From positions 1 through 30,938 of the forward strand of contig JAWODC010000042.1 in assembly GCA_046483495.1 (NCBI GenBank): a stretch of 30,938 bases of DNA, given 5' to 3'. Below, piece by piece: positions 27,868-30,938 of this stretch; within the stretch, counting starts at the first letter, position 1; every line of letters starts with the position of its first letter. The notes beneath the pieces were generated by a model that saw nothing but the letters and a program-made list of their open reading frames with translations, was not told where the DNA came from and ran no database searches. The stretch is from Desulfobacterales bacterium (GTDB lineage: Bacteria > Desulfobacterota > Desulfobacteria > Desulfobacterales > UBA5616). The position numbers and the translations under genes were made by a program.

Positions 27868-29208
27868 TTAATCGCCGCCCTCTTTTGATTCCGGTGACCC
27901 GGTCGCTTTGTCTTCGGGCTGAATTTCAGTTACCTGACTATCTTCAATTATAAGCTTTAAGACCTGTTTTTCAAGTAGGGTGTGCTTAAAAAAATCCAAT
28001 TTGTCCGGATTCTGATCGTAAAACCCCTTGATTTCATCAATCGGCCGGTCCACGGTCTGGGCCATATCCTGAAATCCGGTTTCCAGGTCTTCATCGGATA
28101 TCTCGAGTTTCAGCTGGTCGATGAGCTTGCTCAGAATGAGGTGGCGTCGGACCTGCCTTTCGGCGGTGTCACGATATTTTTCAGAAATGCCTTCACGTGT
28201 AAGGCCCAGATCCTCCATACTCATATTTTGATATTTCAACCGCTGCTCGGTTTCGGAGACAATGCCGTCAAGCTCCATTTCCGTCAACGCTTCAGGAACC
28301 TCGAAATCCGTTTTCTCCAGGAGTGCCGAGAAAATCTGTTCATTGATTTCCTGTTCAGTCCGCTGGTCGTACCCTTTGCGCAGGTTATCGGAAACAGCGC
28401 TCTTCAATTCGTCAAGCGTTTGATACGGCCCGAATTTTTTGGCCATTTCATCATCGATATCGGGCAGAATCTCCTCTCGAATCTGTTGCAGGACCACATT
28501 GAACGTAACTGTTTTGCCTGCCAGGTCCGGATTGTCATGATCCGATGGGAAAGAAACGGTGATATCTTTGGTGTCGCCCTTCTTCATCCCGATCAACTGG
28601 TTGTCAAAATCCGCTGCTATGGAGCCCTCTCCGATTTTCAACGTGAAATTCTCGGTTTTTTGGACCGCTGGATACGGTCTCCCGTCCAGAAATCCTTCAT
28701 AATCGATGAGGACAAAGTCATTTTCACGAACAGGCCGGTCCTCATCCACAGGCTGCTGGGCGGCAAGATTTCGCTGAAGCATATGAAGCTGCATATCGAT
28801 TTCCCGGTCGCTCACCTCATAAAGGGTTCGTTTCAAATTCAAGCCCTTGTAATCGATATCCGGTATATCCGGATTGACCTCGACAGTCGCATCATATTTA
28901 AATTCTTGCTTTTCAGTCAATTCCCGGGGATCTATTTTGGGCGGTGCAATGACCTTCAAATCCGCTTCTTGTATGGCGCCGAAAACCGTATCCTGTATCA
29001 GCTTGGAAGCCACATCCCTATGGACGTCCTTTTTGAACATTCGCTCCAATACCGACCTAGGCGCCTTGCCCGGCCTGAAACCTTTTATTTTTGCCGTTTT
29101 CTTGAGCTCTTTGTAGGCGCTTTCAAGCTCACCGGCAACCGTTTCCTCGGGAATTTCGACATGAACGATTTTTTTTACGGAATTGACATCCTCAACGGTA
29201 ACTTTCAT
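27868..29208 (-). CDS. tig: Trigger factor
   Basis: GFRPGKAP ribosome-binding motif, FKBP-type domain, tig-clpP-clpX-lon synteny. Confidence 0.97.
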   Translation of the reverse strand: MKVTVEDVNSVKKIVHVEIPEETVAGELESAYKELKKTAKIKGFRPGKAPRSVLERMFKKDVHRDVASKLIQDTVFGAIQEADLKVIAPPKIDPRELTEKQEFKYDATVEVNPDIPDIDYKGLNLKRTLYEVSDREIDMQLHMLQRNLAAQQPVDEDRPVRENDFVLIDYEGFLDGRPYPAVQKTENFTLKIGEGSIAADFDNQLIGMKKGDTKDITVSFPSDHDNPDLAGKTVTFNVVLQQIREEILPDIDDEMAKKFGPYQTLDELKSAVSDNLRKGYDQRTEQEINEQIFSALLEKTDFEVPEALTEMELDGIVSETEQRLKYQNMSMEDLGLTREGISEKYRDTAERQVRRHLILSKLIDQLKLEISDEDLETGFQDMAQTVDRPIDEIKGFYDQNPDKLDFFKHTLLEKQVLKLIIEDSQVTEIQPEDKATGSPESKEGGD

Positions 29209-29285
29209 ACGTTTCCTTTCTCACCCGGGATTATGATTAATGTAAAAATCCCACCACTATTTATAGGTTCGGTTATGCGTTAAAA

Positions 29286-29372
29286 TGGTGCGAGAGGGGA
29301 GACTTGAACTCCCATGCCGTCGCCGGCGCTGGATCCTAAGTCCAGTGCGTCTACCAATTCCGCCACTCTCGC
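29286..29372 (-). tRNA. tRNA-Leu(TAG)
   Basis: Long variable arm, anticodon loop CT-TAG-GA, encoded CCA; usual position upstream of tig. Confidence 0.97.
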
Positions 29373-29543
29373 AGAGATCGAGCACGCGCCCTGGGCAAAA
29401 GCCGCATCTACCTGTATCGAAGCGTTTTTGCCGGTTTTTTCACCATAAACATTGACATTTGCCCGAAATCCGTTAAATTTTTGGCGTATTTTTTTGAAAT
29501 TAGTATCAATCGTTAATCGTGTCAAGCAAATTTGAGCTGCCCC

Positions 29544-30275
29544 ATGCGACACAAAAAATACTATAATATCGATAATTTCCATCTTCTGCACTTGCTGAAA
29601 GCAATATCTGTTGTCATGCTTTTCCTGATGTTTTCAATAGGAGCCAGGGTGCATGCAGCAGGTGTAATCGTGGTGGACCCCGGCCACGGCGGCACCGAGA
29701 AAGGAACAGCCGGGTGGAACGGACGAAGTGAAAAAGAGGCAACGCTCGCCTTGTCCAATACGGTCAAGGAAACCCTATCCGAGACCTACGTGGTGTTTCT
29801 TACCCGTACGCACGACGACGATGTGGCTCTGTTCGATCGGACGGCCGCGGCGAATCATGTAAAAGCCGATGCCTACATCAGCATTCACGCCGGAAAAACA
29901 GGCGTTCCCGGACAAAGTGGGGTCACCATTTTTTACTTCGATGATATCGCCGGCGGGAAATGCTCCGAAAGTAAACGGGAATTTTCCGGTCTTCAGCCCG
30001 ACACGGAAGGTTCGGCCCCCTGGGATACCATCCAAAATCGCCACATTGCACGCAGCCGCAAGCTGGCCGGCATCCTTGAGGCACAATTCGATGAAAACGG
30101 CATACCGGCGCGTGTTCGAAGCGCCCCCCTGCTGACCTTAAGGGGCGCGGATATGCCGGCCGTGTTCATCGAGTTCAGTGACATCCCCCTTCCCGATAAT
30201 GGAACGGATCGGTCACGGCCGGAGCACTATGCCTTCATTATCCGGACCGCGCTCGATCGATTTTTTGAGCAATGA
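29544..30275 (+). CDS. N-acetylmuramoyl-L-alanine amidase (Amidase_3); start uncertain
   Basis: VVDPGHGG, SEK, LTR, SIHA and MPAVFIE zinc-amidase motifs after an N-terminal hydrophobic segment. Confidence 0.85.
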   Translation: MRHKKYYNIDNFHLLHLLKAISVVMLFLMFSIGARVHAAGVIVVDPGHGGTEKGTAGWNGRSEKEATLALSNTVKETLSETYVVFLTRTHDDDVALFDRTAAANHVKADAYISIHAGKTGVPGQSGVTIFYFDDIAGGKCSESKREFSGLQPDTEGSAPWDTIQNRHIARSRKLAGILEAQFDENGIPARVRSAPLLTLRGADMPAVFIEFSDIPLPDNGTDRSRPEHYAFIIRTALDRFFEQ

Positions 30276-30329
30276 GCAACCGCGAATCCCTCGCCCTGGC
30301 CTCATTTCATTTGGTTTGGGCTCGCGGTG

Positions 30330-30584
30330 CTCTTCATGCTATTCGTGAACTTCGTGGTGAGATATAACATAAAGTACCGATCCTTTATTATCCGTGAAAT
30401 CCGTGAAATCCATGTCTAATAAAAGTGAACCGTGAACATGAACAGTGAACGGTCTGAGCGGACAGGGTCTTTATCCCCCCCCTTTGGTTCTTCTGCGATA
30501 ATAGACGAACCCTGTTCCAGTCTAAATCGGTATCGGTATCGAAAATCAAACAGAGAAGAATTCGATCCCGATTTCGATCCCGAT
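30330..30584. repeat. Mosaic of short tandem repeats plus a truncated family A end
   Basis: (atccgtgaa)n, (gtgaac)n, gggtctttatcccccccc at 30465-30482, (tcggta)n and (cgatcc)n. Confidence 0.6.
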
Positions 30585-30653
30585 AAAACGCTTTTTCCCT
30601 TGCCGAAAAACGCTGATGCATGCTAATGAGTGTCCATTCGGCGCACTATGAAT

Positions 30654-30728
<75 letters not shown>

Positions 30729-30938
30729 TCTTCTAAAAACGTTGGCAATACTGAGGCCGTATCTGCCACATATCGTGATTGGAGGGGGTTGGGCGCCGTT
30801 TCTCTATGATCGCTATCTTTTTAAAAACCATGCAGATGCCTCAAAAAACGACCAGCGCGCCGAATGCCGTAAAACCCGCTCCGAAAGACAGGATCAGGCC
30901 CATTTGGCCGGATTCGGGACTGTCCCGCTCGAGCATCC

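Noticed and set aside
27982..29283. 433-aa plus-strand ORF (and similar long ORFs at 3079-4086, 9311-10354, 25724-26590)
   Set aside because: Antisense shadows of well-supported genes with no recognisable motifs
30830..30938. Possible CDS start at the right edge
   Set aside because: Too short, no clear RBS and no recognisable motif

Overview
Bacterial chromosomal window; gene content and style suggest an anaerobic Desulfobacterota (deltaproteobacterium), which is an inference. The left 22 kb is accessory and metabolic: the 3' end of an MMPL/RND transporter, an OYE-family oxidoreductase, 4-hydroxybutyryl-CoA dehydratase (abfD) with a small Cys-rich partner, a 4Fe-4S protein, TetR, a DUF559 endonuclease, a probable sigma54 operon (CoA ligase, acyl-CoA dehydrogenase, thiolase, ferredoxin-nitroreductase), PAS signalling proteins, HU, DUF1329, MscS, DUF481 and an SDR. 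The right 8 kb is the core tRNA-Leu/tig/clpP/clpX/lon/tRNA-Val/tRNA-Asp locus, an amidase and tRNA-Pro. The most striking content is non-coding. Family A comprises REPIN/MITE-like units with ~45-48 bp terminal inverted repeats and two internal GC-GAA-GC-type mini-hairpins on opposite strands. These units flank and overlap the DUF559 gene (with a 215-bp tandem duplication and a duplicated gene 3' end) and also occur as gene-less copies at 4.3 and 16.8 kb. Family B comprises four ~145-bp long-hairpin elements whose stems differ in sequence but keep pairing; one is nested inside a family A copy. No transposase, integrase or cas gene is present.
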